A stretch of DNA of 64,000 nucleotides from Histomonas meleagridis 2922-C6/04-290x (lineage: Eukaryota > Protista > Parabasalia), in contig JAANOX010000014.1 in assembly GCA_020184695.1 (NCBI GenBank), positions 62,001 through 126,000 of the forward strand, read 5' to 3'. Every line of letters starts with the position of its first letter. Position 1 is the stretch's first letter. The notes below the pieces were generated by a model that did no database searches, was not told the DNA's origin, and saw nothing but the letters and a program-made list of their open reading frames with translations. Positions 20,246 to 31,134 of this stretch are shown here, one piece after another. Made by a program: the position numbers and the translations under genes.

Positions 20246-20267
20246 TTTAATGAAGTGATCCGAAAAT

Positions 20268-20439
20268 GATGTGATATTACGAAAATACGCGTAATATCAC
20301 GTCACTAGCAGTGATTTTAGACCAGTTTTGCTCTCAAAAAATTCCCTCAATTTCAGTTTTTGAGAAGTCTCATGTGATCTATAAACATTATGCGAAAACG
20401 CGTAATCGCATCATATGATGATGTGAGCTGATCGATCAG
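20268..20439. promoter_or_regulatory. Palindrome-rich upstream region of the bZIP gene
   Basis: Inverted repeat GATGTGATATTACG...CGTAATATCACGTC (20268-20303), repeated GAAAA(T)ACGCGTAAT, and 12-nt palindromes CATCATATGATG (20409) and CTGATCGATCAG (20428). Confidence 0.55.
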
Positions 20440-20995
20440 TTTTTTGAATAAATGTAGAAAAAACGATTATTTTTTTCACAAAATACGAAAATGTATCATT
20501 CAATTTTCTTTTAACAAACTTCCATTTCACTTTATAAAATTATGCATTTTAGAGTAATATTTATTGTGCATATGTGATAAATCAAAATTGAATCAAGTTT
20601 TTCAATGGCCTATGGTACTTGGCAAAAAATATTTTACAGAATTTTATTTTGAGCCAAAATCATTCTTTTGTCTAATTTCGTCTCTGTTGACCTTGCATTG
20701 AATGACCAAAATATCAATTGATTTAATTTATATTATGTTAAATTTTAAATATTGAGATTTATAGAAATTTAAAAATATAAAAATCTTCTAAGAGAAATTT
20801 ATGTTTTCAAAATGATTTTTGGCGCTTCTTAAAGATACTAATTAATACTAGATTCAAAAAGTTTGTTGGTAACAAAATTAATTAATTAATTTCATCATAA
20901 CTTTTTGGCAATGAAGCGATTATTACGTATTTCTCTTGTATACAATGCTTGAATTGCGGTTTCATATTAAGATGAAAAAAGAATTAATTAATCAT

Positions 20996-21631
20996 TTAAT
21001 TAGCTTTTTTTGGGATTGGACCACGGCGGTAGACACGGCGCATGTGATTTCCGCACTCAACGATTTTGCCAGAAGCGAGGTATTCTTTGTATTCTTGAAG
21101 TGTGTATGGAGTGAAGCCGACCTTTGATGATACAATAACCTTTGACTTACCTGGGAACTTGAATGAAGCACGGCGGAAGGCTTCAATAGCATTCTTGAGA
21201 CCATCCTTTGGTGCACGAACTGACATGATGCATTGTGGGTGGTTAACACGGGAAACCATACCATTTGGCTTACCGAAGGCATGACGCATACCAGTTTGAA
21301 GTCTATCTGCACCTGCAGTGGAAAGCATCTTGTTGATACGGAGAACATGGAATGGGTGAAGATTGATACGGATGTGATATGCTTTACCCATTGTCTTCAT
21401 CATGTAACGGTTGGAGCTAACACGAGCGGCTTCGAGTGCTTCAGCAGAAATGTTTTGTCTGTGTTCAAGATAGATAAGACGAACACAATATGGGAAAACG
21501 TGTGCTGTGGCTTGCTTTGTACCAGTTTCATAACGTTGGAGACGTGGATCTGGAACACCACGGCAGAAGCGTGACTTTGGATATGGAGCACTCTTAAAGT
21601 AGCGGTAGCAACGAGCTGGACGACGACCCAT
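20996..21631 (-). CDS. rpl10: 60S ribosomal protein L10 (uL16)
   Basis: [25 protein letters not shown]; [23 protein letters not shown]. Confidence 0.98.
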   Translation of the reverse strand: MGRRPARCYRYFKSAPYPKSRFCRGVPDPRLQRYETGTKQATAHVFPYCVRLIYLEHRQNISAEALEAARVSSNRYMMKTMGKAYHIRINLHPFHVLRINKMLSTAGADRLQTGMRHAFGKPNGMVSRVNHPQCIMSVRAPKDGLKNAIEAFRRASFKFPGKSKVIVSSKVGFTPYTLQEYKEYLASGKIVECGNHMRRVYRRGPIPKKAN

Positions 21632-21637
21632 TTAAAA

Positions 21638-21664
21638 AAAGGAGTGATGGCTGTCAAAACCGTT
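21638..21664 (-). promoter_or_regulatory. M3 (AACGGTTT) plus M5 (CCTTT) core promoter of rpl10
   Basis: The minus strand reads AACGGTTTTGACAGCCATCACTCCTTTTTTTAAATG. Confidence 0.65.
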
Positions 21665-21762
21665 TATTTGATCGGCATGTCATTTAAATCAAAAGTGACG
21701 ATAGAGAACAGGGGCTACCCAAAAATGTAAATTAATCAGGGCAACCTGAGGTTTGTTTTTCA

Positions 21763-22371
21763 ATGGTAAAATGCAAAAATTTTCTTATAACCATTATGTC
21801 ACATATGCTACTTGTAAGCTCGATATTGCTTGTTGTTGTTTCAGGTGTTTCTTATTCTTATTTTAATAATCCCATAATAATCTACTCACCAAAAATTCCA
21901 TACAAAATCCTATTTGGTATTGGAATTGGTACAGGAATTATTTCTTTTATAGGTTTTGTATTATTTTTATTGTTTCCGTCTTTAAAATGCAATTTTTTTG
22001 TTACATTTCCTTTATTTTTTATAACCATAGCTTGTTACTTTTATTTATCTTACCCTTCTTCGTCTACAGATTTCTTAAAAAGCTGGAACGATATATGGAA
22101 TCCATCTTTTGAAACAGAATCATTTCAAACAATGTTAAAATGTTGTGGGTGGTTAAACTCTACAGACAGACCTATACCTTATTGCCCAATGGACTATGAA
22201 TCAGGTTGTGCTGAAATTATCAGAAATTATCTTGATCCTCGATTTGATGAAATTTTTATTTCCACAATTGTTGTTGCAGTCCTAGGCTTAATTTCAACAA
22301 TTTCATTGGGTGCAATCTGTTGTACTTCAAAAGAACCAAGACTTTTGACAGAACTCGCGATTTTTAATTAA
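21763..22371 (+). CDS. Tetraspanin-family protein
   Basis: Four hydrophobic helices; large extracellular loop with FQ..LKCCGW plus later cysteines (PYCP, SGC). Confidence 0.9.
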   Translation: MVKCKNFLITIMSHMLLVSSILLVVVSGVSYSYFNNPIIIYSPKIPYKILFGIGIGTGIISFIGFVLFLLFPSLKCNFFVTFPLFFITIACYFYLSYPSSSTDFLKSWNDIWNPSFETESFQTMLKCCGWLNSTDRPIPYCPMDYESGCAEIIRNYLDPRFDEIFISTIVVAVLGLISTISLGAICCTSKEPRLLTELAIFN

Positions 22372-22499
22372 TGTTGAATACATAAATATTACTATTTAAT
22401 AAAAATTGTTTTTATTATTCATCATTGTAACTGTATTTACCTTTTGCTCTGCATCAGTTGTTCAAATTGACATATAAAATAATCAAATTTCGAAAGATA

Positions 22500-23800
22500 T
22501 TTTAATATATTCTTTAGAATCAGGGTATATCGAACTTGTTGAAGAGCTTATCAAACATGAAGGAATTGACATGCAAAAAATATTAATTTATTATATTTAA
22601 AGTAATTATAATATATTTTTTGTTTTAAAATATTTGGAATTTTTTCCTGTGGTACATCCCCAATGCCAAGAAGGTTGTTAACACACCACTAAATATTTCG
22701 ATTCAAGATGGCTATACAGACATTGTAAAATTACTTCTTGAACAAAAGGAATTGATATTAATGATTTTGTTTGTAAAAAACTCTTTATAATAGTTTGATG
22801 TTTGTTTTTAATCTTTGGTTATTCTTCAAATTATTCGATACAGCACTTATTATTGCTTCTTCGAAATGTAATCCTGGAATTGTCAAACTACTTCTTCAAC
22901 ATGAAAGTATTGATATCAACTATATAGATATTTATATGTTTTACTCAAAATTTATTTCAAAAACATAATACCTCATTGATATTTGGAAATCATATATAAT
23001 ATTTGATACACCACCAACAATTTACATCATCAAATGGTCACATTGAAAATACTAAATTACTTCTTGAACAAAAGGGAATTGATATCAATGCAAAAAATAT
23101 TTTTTGGTTTATTTGATATTCATTTTGATAATTTTCTATTTCAAAATAATATTTGGAAATTATTTAAAATATTATGGACAGCACTTATTTGTGCATCTCC
23201 AAATGGTCATATAAAAATAGTGAAATTACTTCTTGAACAAAAGGGAATTGATATTAATGCTAAACATATTTATTTGTTTTATTTAATATTAATTTTAATA
23301 ATTTAATATTTCAAAATAAAATTTGGAAATTATTTAAATTATTTGAAACAGCACTTATGTATGCATCTGAAAATGGTCGTACAGAAATAGTTAAATTACT
23401 TCTTGAACAAGAAGGAATTGATAATAATGCTAAAAATATTAATTTGTTTTATTTCATATATCAAAATAATATTTAACGATTATTTGAACTATTTAAAATA
23501 TCTCTTATTATCGCATCTTTAAATGGTCATATATCACAATAGTTAAAATATTTCTAGAACGAAGAAAAATTAGTGTAAATGCAAAACTTATGTTTATTTT
23601 CAAAACATGATATTTCAAGTTAATATTTGGAAATTATCTTATATATTTTTTACAGCACTTATTTGTGCATCTTCAGAAGATATACAGAAATAGTTAAGTT
23701 ACTTCTTGGACATAATGTTGATATAAATTCAAAAAATATTACATTAATTTATTACATTATTTGGTACTGCTCTTATCGGTGCATGTAGGAATGAGATGAC
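22500..23800 (+). pseudogene. Degenerate spacer-interrupted ankyrin cassette array (locus A)
   Basis: Cassettes TALIIASSK, TALICASPNGH and TALMYASENGR...KLLLEQxGIDIN, with anchors at 22840, 23008, 23178, 23348, 23498 and 23652, separated by the shared spacer (TTTCAAAATAATATTTGGAAATTATTT). No upstream head domain. Confidence 0.85.
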
Positions 23801-23970
23801 CAATTTTATACTGTAATTGCATTAACAATTTTTCTATGAAATTATCTCCACAACGAATTCGTTCAAAAAGTTGTTGTTGTAAAGTTCATTCAAATTGAAT
23901 TTCCATTCAAACCTCTGTTCAAATATAAAAAGTGGCATCCACAAAAGTGAAGAAATTAGTTCACTTTTAA

Positions 23971-25884
23971 ATGTGGATCAGCAATCGCAAAGAAAAAGAC
24001 TTCAGAGAGAAGTTTCAAAAAGTCATAGATGTTGATGACGCAAAACAATTAGAATCCTTATTTAAAGAATATGAAATCAAAGATGTAAGTAAAGATCTTG
24101 GAAAAATATTCCATCATCCTAAATCATTATGCTTTGTTTCCATTACATGTTATGCACTTTATTGCGAGGCTGAACATTGTCTTGACCTTATCAAAAGTCT
24201 TGGCCATAAATTTAAAAATGACGATATTTGTGAAGCTGTCCGAAAATGTTCTTTTAGGATCATCAAAAAGTATTGTGATGGTATCTCACCAGAGGATTAC
24301 CAAAATCCATTTTATTCTATCGAGTGTTCAGCAGCCAAAAGAGGAGACTTAGAAATTATAAAATATATTCATTCATTAGGGTTTTCATTTCAAAAGAACA
24401 AGCATGGCAACATGCCAATTCTTGATAGTGCCAGAAATGGAAATGTTGAATGTTTCAAATTCATTTCCGAAGTTGTAAACTTTGCAGAATATGACATAAA
24501 TGACTTTACCAAAGTAGCCAAGGAAGCCAAGTCGGAAATTCTTGATTTTATGTATGATACATATTCAGATGAAACACATCGTGAAGCATTAAAACCATTT
24601 ATTCTTTCCGGCGATGCACTGTCATCCTATATTAAAGTATATGGAACCACTGAAGTTGACAAAGAAAACATGATAAAATTAGCCAAATCTGATTCCCATA
24701 AAATCCTTTCCTATATCAATGAGAACCACATTAAATCCTATGAACTCTCATTTGAGGAGCTTTCCACATGTTATTGTCCTGAAAGTATTCTTGAATTGAC
24801 CAAAAACCGATACAAAGACGCATATTTATATTTAGTCCAGAAGCAATGTTTTGCGAATTGCGCCAAACTTTTAGATGTCATTGAGCTTACACCTAAAGAA
24901 AGAGGGCTCTCAATCCAACAATTTGTTTTGGAACAATTATCTCCATATAATGATGAAACGCCAGAATTTAATCGCAAGATATTACAAGGCGACTCAGAAA
25001 TCGAAGGAACTGATGCATTTCTATACATGTTAGGACATTGTTATTATGTTCCTGAAAACATTGCTCGCGAGTTCAAATTATTCGAACGTTATTCACATAC
25101 GCCTAAAGAATATTATGATAACGCCAGGGGTAAAATTGCATGTGTTAAGCTAATGCTTAAGTTTGGATATGACATCTCCGACTTAATCGATCAAAACTTC
25201 ATTAAAAATCTTGTCCAAACTGAAATACGACAAAACGAAGTCGAACCGATCATTAAACAAATGAAAGATCCGAAGCAATGTTTACTATGGACAATTGGTG
25301 AATCCGATGACACTGCATTTACATATCGCGAAATAATTTATGGGTTTTTAAGTGTTCATCCTGAGCTTCGTTATGATAATGACGTCATCAAAGCTGTGCA
25401 GCATTGTAAGGCTGGTTGGGATTCGACGCCATTGTTTATGGAATTCAAAGTCGGAATCTGCGACTCTTTAATCGAATTCTTTAAACGCGAACACGAATCT
25501 CCTATGGACTATGAATACGTATTCAAGTGCTTAACAAACGATGAGAAAACTGAAGTGTTGTTCAGATGCAACTATTTCTCTACAAAGATACTAGAGTGGG
25601 CTGAGCCGTCGCTACGATTCAAGGGAGAGTCATTGATGCATAGCATATTAAGAAGAAAGGAAAAGTATATGCTGTATCACTACGTACAAGACAAAAAAGC
25701 AGACCTATCGTTCGCTGAAAACGATGGAGATGACCCAATAGTATTCGAAATATTGAAAAGCGAATTCGCGCCAATGGTTAAGGACATGTTACTTGAAAGA
25801 GACGACTTGTTGGGGCTGACAAATCACGAAGGAAAGACAGTGAACGAGATATTGGATGGAATTGAAAGCAAGCCGCTTTTTTAA
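23971..25884 (+). CDS. Ankyrin-repeat-like protein (637 aa, uninterrupted)
   Basis: SAAKRGDLEIIKYIHSLG, PILDSARNGNVECFKFI and GESLMHSIL repeats; GC-richer than its flanks. Confidence 0.85.
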   Translation: MWISNRKEKDFREKFQKVIDVDDAKQLESLFKEYEIKDVSKDLGKIFHHPKSLCFVSITCYALYCEAEHCLDLIKSLGHKFKNDDICEAVRKCSFRIIKKYCDGISPEDYQNPFYSIECSAAKRGDLEIIKYIHSLGFSFQKNKHGNMPILDSARNGNVECFKFISEVVNFAEYDINDFTKVAKEAKSEILDFMYDTYSDETHREALKPFILSGDALSSYIKVYGTTEVDKENMIKLAKSDSHKILSYINENHIKSYELSFEELSTCYCPESILELTKNRYKDAYLYLVQKQCFANCAKLLDVIELTPKERGLSIQQFVLEQLSPYNDETPEFNRKILQGDSEIEGTDAFLYMLGHCYYVPENIAREFKLFERYSHTPKEYYDNARGKIACVKLMLKFGYDISDLIDQNFIKNLVQTEIRQNEVEPIIKQMKDPKQCLLWTIGESDDTAFTYREIIYGFLSVHPELRYDNDVIKAVQHCKAGWDSTPLFMEFKVGICDSLIEFFKREHESPMDYEYVFKCLTNDEKTEVLFRCNYFSTKILEWAEPSLRFKGESLMHSILRRKEKYMLYHYVQDKKADLSFAENDGDDPIVFEILKSEFAPMVKDMLLERDDLLGLTNHEGKTVNEILDGIESKPLF

Positions 25885-26299
25885 TTCAATTCACCACTTT
25901 TTGATATGAAAGCCGTTTAACATAAACGAAATTTAATATTTTATGTTAAATTTATCCACGAAGTCAATGCGCTTGTTTCTTGGAAGAAAGCGAATGTCCA
26001 TATCGACTCCTATTCGTAATATGTGAAACATTGTAATTTTGAAGAAGAGTGAATTAAATGTTTATTTTTTATTTTCATACAAGTGTCCACGAAATACAAC
26101 GAATTAAAGATGTTTTTAAGGATTTAAAGATGAAGCAAAACGAAGACAATGAAATTATATATGAAAGATGTTTTTTTTAATAAATTCTAGTGTTATAATA
26201 TTATAATATTTATATATAACTTGTTGTATTCAATAATTATTTAAAATTTAAAATATTATTCATTCCATATTTATACAAAAGATTAGAGCTTTGCTTCAT

Positions 26300-27100
26300 C
26301 TGGGAGCAATGGATTTATTAGGGAACCATTAAGTACCCTTATTAAAAAAGTTCAAGTTTGTATCTGAAATGATCGAAAACCGCTGATTTCCCAAACAAAC
26401 ATACTCAATTCATATGCCGATCAAATTCCATAGAAGTATTACTTATATCGCATGAGTAAAGGTCACAATCTATCGATAGATAGACGAACCGAAAACTAAT
26501 TAATATTATCTAGTATGTGGATTCTAAATATCTAAAAACTATTTAAGCTGATATTCTATTTATGGTTGGAATGAACGATATCTATCAAAAAATTGCATTT
26601 GGCACTCACGAAATGGAACAAGATTGCATTTTGACAGTGGTCTAATTGCAAGCACAACACCACTTTTGCACTCTCTAAAGCCATGTGAGTTAGTCAAAAA
26701 AAAATCGGATTAATTAACATCAACACCTTCAAAAATTTTTATCTATTGCAAAATTAACCAAGTTCATGATGCTAGTATGATCGACGATACAAGAAATTCA
26801 ATGATACGAAATTGATGTATATGCATACGCAATTCTTTGTTGGGAATTATCAAGGATTAGAACATACATAAATCATAGCAACGGTTATGTTTGAGAACAT
26901 GAGACCTCCATTTCCACAAAATGTATCAACTCCATTAAAAACTTGATTCAGATTGTTGGGATCGTGACCCTAAAATGCGACCATCAGTCAAATAGCACGC
27001 CGATTTCGTAACGGTGATATCTTTTTGGAAGGAGCCAACAAAGAATTTGTCACGACAAATATATTAACTCAGTTTCAGCTCAAGACAAATACGAAGTCGA
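26300..27100 (+). pseudogene. TKL-type protein kinase pseudogene
   Basis: Hand-read fragments DVYAYAILCWELS (26815), RPPFPQNVSTPLK (~26902) and DCWDRDPKMRPS (~26951) in shifting frames with stops. Confidence 0.8.
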
Positions 27101-27563
27101 ACACACAATTGAAGCACAGTAATCTTCAATGCCAATCAATGAGGATGAAATCAATGTCTCATCAGATACATTATGAAGATCGATCAAAAGAAATATCCTG
27201 ATTTATACCGAAGAGGGCTTTGTGTATTTTTAAGTACAAATTATGTACATAAAGCAGCCAAAGAACTCAATAAACTACCACATTTTGATAAATCGAGAAA
27301 TTGCTGAACATCTAATTAATACTTATTTGTAAGGAATTGATTGACAAAATTGTAAAGGTGTCGATCCTTAAGGATCTACATGAGCTTATTAAAAAAAAAT
27401 ACAGGAAAAAATGTTATCTTCGAAAGAAGATTCAAATTGAAAAATTGAGTGAATCTCATTCAATAAAAGTTTTATTATTTTACAAAATTGAAATATTTTT
27501 TATGGTTTTATTCTTTGTTTCATTTATATTTTTTGTTGATTCAAACTTATTTGCTTCTTCCAA

Positions 27564-29714
27564 TTATTTTTGTTCAAGTAATTTAACTATTTCTGTATGA
27601 CCATTATAAGATGCTTCATTAAGTGCTGTATTAAATATTTTAAAGAATTTCCAAATATTATATTAAAATATAAAATTATCTAAATAAATATTAAATAAAA
27701 CAAATAAATATCTTTAGTATTAATATCAATTCCATCTTGTTCAAGAAGTAATTTAACTATTTCTATATATCCATATTGAGATGCTTTAATAAGTGCTGTA
27801 TCAAATAATTTAAATAATTTCCAAATGTTATTTTGAAATATCAAAATATTAAAATAAATCCTAAATAAATCAAATAAATATCTTTAGCATTAATATCAAT
27901 TCCTTCTTGTTCAAGAAGTAATTTAACGATTTCTATAGAACCAATTTCAGATGCTAACATAAGTGCTGTTCTAAATATTTTAAATAATTTCCAAATAATA
28001 TTTTGAAATAATAAATTATTATAATAAATATTAAATAAAACAAATAAATATCTTTAGCATTAATATCAATTCCATCTTGTTCAAGAAGTAATTTAACTAT
28101 TTCTGTATGACCATTTCTAGCTGCAAACACAAGTGCTGTCCATAATATTTTAAATAATTTCCAAATATTATTTTGAAATAAGAAATTATTATAATAAATA
28201 CAAAATAAAACAAATAAATACCTTTAGCATTAATATCAATTCTTTTTTGTTCAAGAAGTAATTTAACTATTTCTGTATGACCATTATAAGATGCTTCATT
28301 AAGTGCTGTATTAAATATTTTAAATAATTTCCAAATATTATTTTGAAATAAGAAATTATTAAAATAAATATCAAATATAACAAATAAATACCTTCAGCGT
28401 TAATATCAATTCCATCTTGTTCAAGAAGTAATTTAACTATTTTTATATGACCATTTTCAGATGCTAATGTAAATGCTGTTCTAAATAATTTAAATAAATT
28501 CCAAATATTATTTTGAAACACAAAATAATCAAAATAAATTCTAAATAAAACAAATAAATATCTTTAGTATTAATATCAATTCCTTTTTGTTTTAAAACGT
28601 ATTCAACAAGTTCAATATTTCCTGATTCAGCTGAAAATACCAATATATCATGCGGAATTGAATGCTCTTTAAGAAAATATTCAACTAAAAAAATATTTCC
28701 AATATTTGCTGCTTCATTAATAATATCATCATTGATTTTCATTCCTTCTTTAAGTAAAAATGAAAATATTTCATAATTATGATATAAAATACAAAGCTTT
28801 CCTAATTTTTCTAAATTATTAATTTCTTTTAATTTATTCTCATAAATATATTTAAAGACATCATTTTGATGAAATTCAATTGCTGTTTCATATGCATCTT
28901 CAAATGGTGAATGATTTTGTTCACATAAATGAATGATTTCTTCATTTCCACCTGCAACTGCATACCTACCTGTGTTTTCAATGTTTGCACCATTCATAAG
29001 TAAATATTTAAAACATTTAACTGATCCAAAGAATGCTGCATAATCAATTAATGAAACATCTTCATCTTCATTATTAATAAATAAACATCTTTCATAAAGT
29101 GATGGTTCAATTGTTTGATCAAAATCGAAATCACTTTGTGATGACATTTCTTGAAGTTTTTCTATTTCATCATTTCGAATTATTTTTGATATTTCATTTG
29201 GATTATGTCCTTCTCTAATTAATTTCTTATGTAATTCCCAATCATTCTTTGAAAGTTCTTCATAATTTACAAAATCATGTTCCCTTAAATAGATTGTTAA
29301 TTCATCTTTAGACATATAATGCGCAAAATAAGCACTCTGGTTGTTTTTTACAATATTTGGTTCAAGAAAATTATGTTCAATCATAGCTTCAAGAAGATAA
29401 GATGATTCATCTGTATACTTATTACTAAGAAATCGCCCAAATATATCAAATATATTGGATTTGATTTTATTACTCTCTTCAAATGTTCTTATTTCTTTTA
29501 TAATATTCAAAAATAAATCTGCATTATTGTTTTTAATTACAAAGGAATAATATATCATTTGAATAATAATTAAATCATAAGATAAAGGATGGTTTTCATC
29601 AAATTTGTCGATTATTAAACCTAAAGATGTAGAGAAATTTTCTTCATTCAAACTAAAAATTGCTTGACTTATTGATAGAAGTGTTTCCCAGTCGCAATGT
29701 TCCTTTGGCTTCAT
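27564..29714 (-). CDS. DUF3447-type head plus ankyrin gene whose last six ankyrin repeats are each preceded by an 80-nt frame-shifting spacer (locus B)
   Basis: The ORF 28464-29714 has SLIDYAAFFGSVKCFKYL and YAVAGGNEEIIH motifs, typical of trichomonad DUF3447-ankyrin proteins. Cassettes follow at 28479, 28309, 28139, 27969, 27799 and 27629 (exact 170-nt period), ending TALNEASYNGHTEIVKLLEQK*. A single joined product is inference. Confidence 0.75.
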
Positions 29715-30114
29715 GTGGAAAATATTAATTACGAATATATCAATTCAAATTTGAGAGTATAAACCAGTGAAAAAGTTGAGAATTCTCTTCGTAATCAAAT
29801 AATAAAAGCAGGCTTATTATTATCTCCAATTAAAAGTACATTCCAAATTATTAAAACATATTATAAATTATTCAAAATAATAAATTTTGGTTTCATGTGG
29901 AAAAAGAACAGTTTCAATTCTTAGGCAGAACGTGATGCGCCATTTTTCATTCAATATTTTCTATGAAGTCTCGCAACCCCAAAATTTCAATTAAAAATAA
30001 CATTCTGGAGAAGGTTGATTTCGATTTTTAGTAAACCATCTAATTTTTCAAAGGAGAACGTTAAATATAGAGTTTTTACCGCCATTTTTTAAAAAGTAAT
30101 AAATCGCTAGATAA

Positions 30115-30561
30115 ATGACTGATCCAATTGAGCACCAGTTCAACCCTCAATCAAATCAAGCAGTGAGTTTGGGTGAAGAGGGGCTCGGTAATGTAATGAG
30201 CTTTAGTACAATTCAAGATACAACAAATACAAATGAACAAAAAGATAACCAACAACAGACAAATGAACAAAGTATTTCTGAAGCAGGGAATCAACAACTT
30301 CAATTTGTACAGCAAATTGTAATACCTGATGGTTTTGATGACCCATATTATCAAACAATACTAGAAATATTTTCTTTCTTTAATCAAACAATACCATTAA
30401 CTACAATAATGAATGCAATACATCAAGCAGCAGGAGATGTAGCTCTTGCTGTACAGAGACTTTCTCAAAATAATACATATAAATATGATGAACCATGCGA
30501 CTTCTCTTTTCACAAAATTTATTGTCCAAAGGAAAAAATTGAGCAGTACTTTTCGTTTTAA
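30115..30561 (+). CDS. Small protein with a CUE/UBA-like domain
   Basis: ILEIFSFFNQTIPLTTIMNAIHQAAGDVALAVQRL resembles a CUE/UBA three-helix bundle. Confidence 0.6.
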   Translation: MTDPIEHQFNPQSNQAVSLGEEGLGNVMSFSTIQDTTNTNEQKDNQQQTNEQSISEAGNQQLQFVQQIVIPDGFDDPYYQTILEIFSFFNQTIPLTTIMNAIHQAAGDVALAVQRLSQNNTYKYDEPCDFSFHKIYCPKEKIEQYFSF

Positions 30562-31134
30562 TTCATAAAAACTTTTTTTAAATTTAATCGCTTTTTTAAA
30601 TATAAAATATACTAATTCTAGATGTTTATTATTTAAATAATATATTATTATTTTGAAAGATCAAATTATAAAAATTAAATTCAAAGATCTAAGAGAAACA
30701 AAGTTAAGCTTTTCATATGAAAAAAAAATTTAAATGGAATAAATTAAATAAGAGAAATAAATCAAACCACCGAAAAAACGATTATAATCAATTTAAATTC
30801 AAATAAAATATAAAATTAAAGTATCTAGAAATCTATCAAAAGTAACTCAAAAATGCATAATCTTTGGAATAAATAGCATTAGTATATTACCATATTATTG
30901 TTATGAAGAAATCTTTATAAAAATGTTGGAACTACTTTAGTGAGGTAAAGAAGATAATAAAAATAACTTATTTTTTTATATATTATTTATCTGATATTTT
31001 TCTTTTTTTAAGATTAGTTGAAATCTGGTGTTACAGTTATTTTTGGACAACTTTTATTTGAATTTATTCAGAAACAAAATATTTTTACGAATTTTATGAA
31101 AGAAAAAACAATTTATTCTTTTAAAATTTGTATA

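Noticed and set aside
18241-21657. Overlapping antisense ORFs over the mu-like, bZIP and rpl10 genes
   Set aside because: Shadow ORFs produced by codon bias of the real genes; no motifs.
27600-28480. Invariant ACAG as 3' splice site
   Set aside because: It is simply Thr-Ala coding (ACA GCA). No conserved phase-compatible GT exists upstream, and the locus C cap has ACT TCG instead.
28481-28551. Canonical 71-nt GT-AG intron restoring the ankyrin frame
   Set aside because: It works for two of the six locus B spacers only, because the AG is part of an Arg codon there. Other spacers end AA, TG or GA, one lacks the GT, and there is no ACTAAC branch motif.
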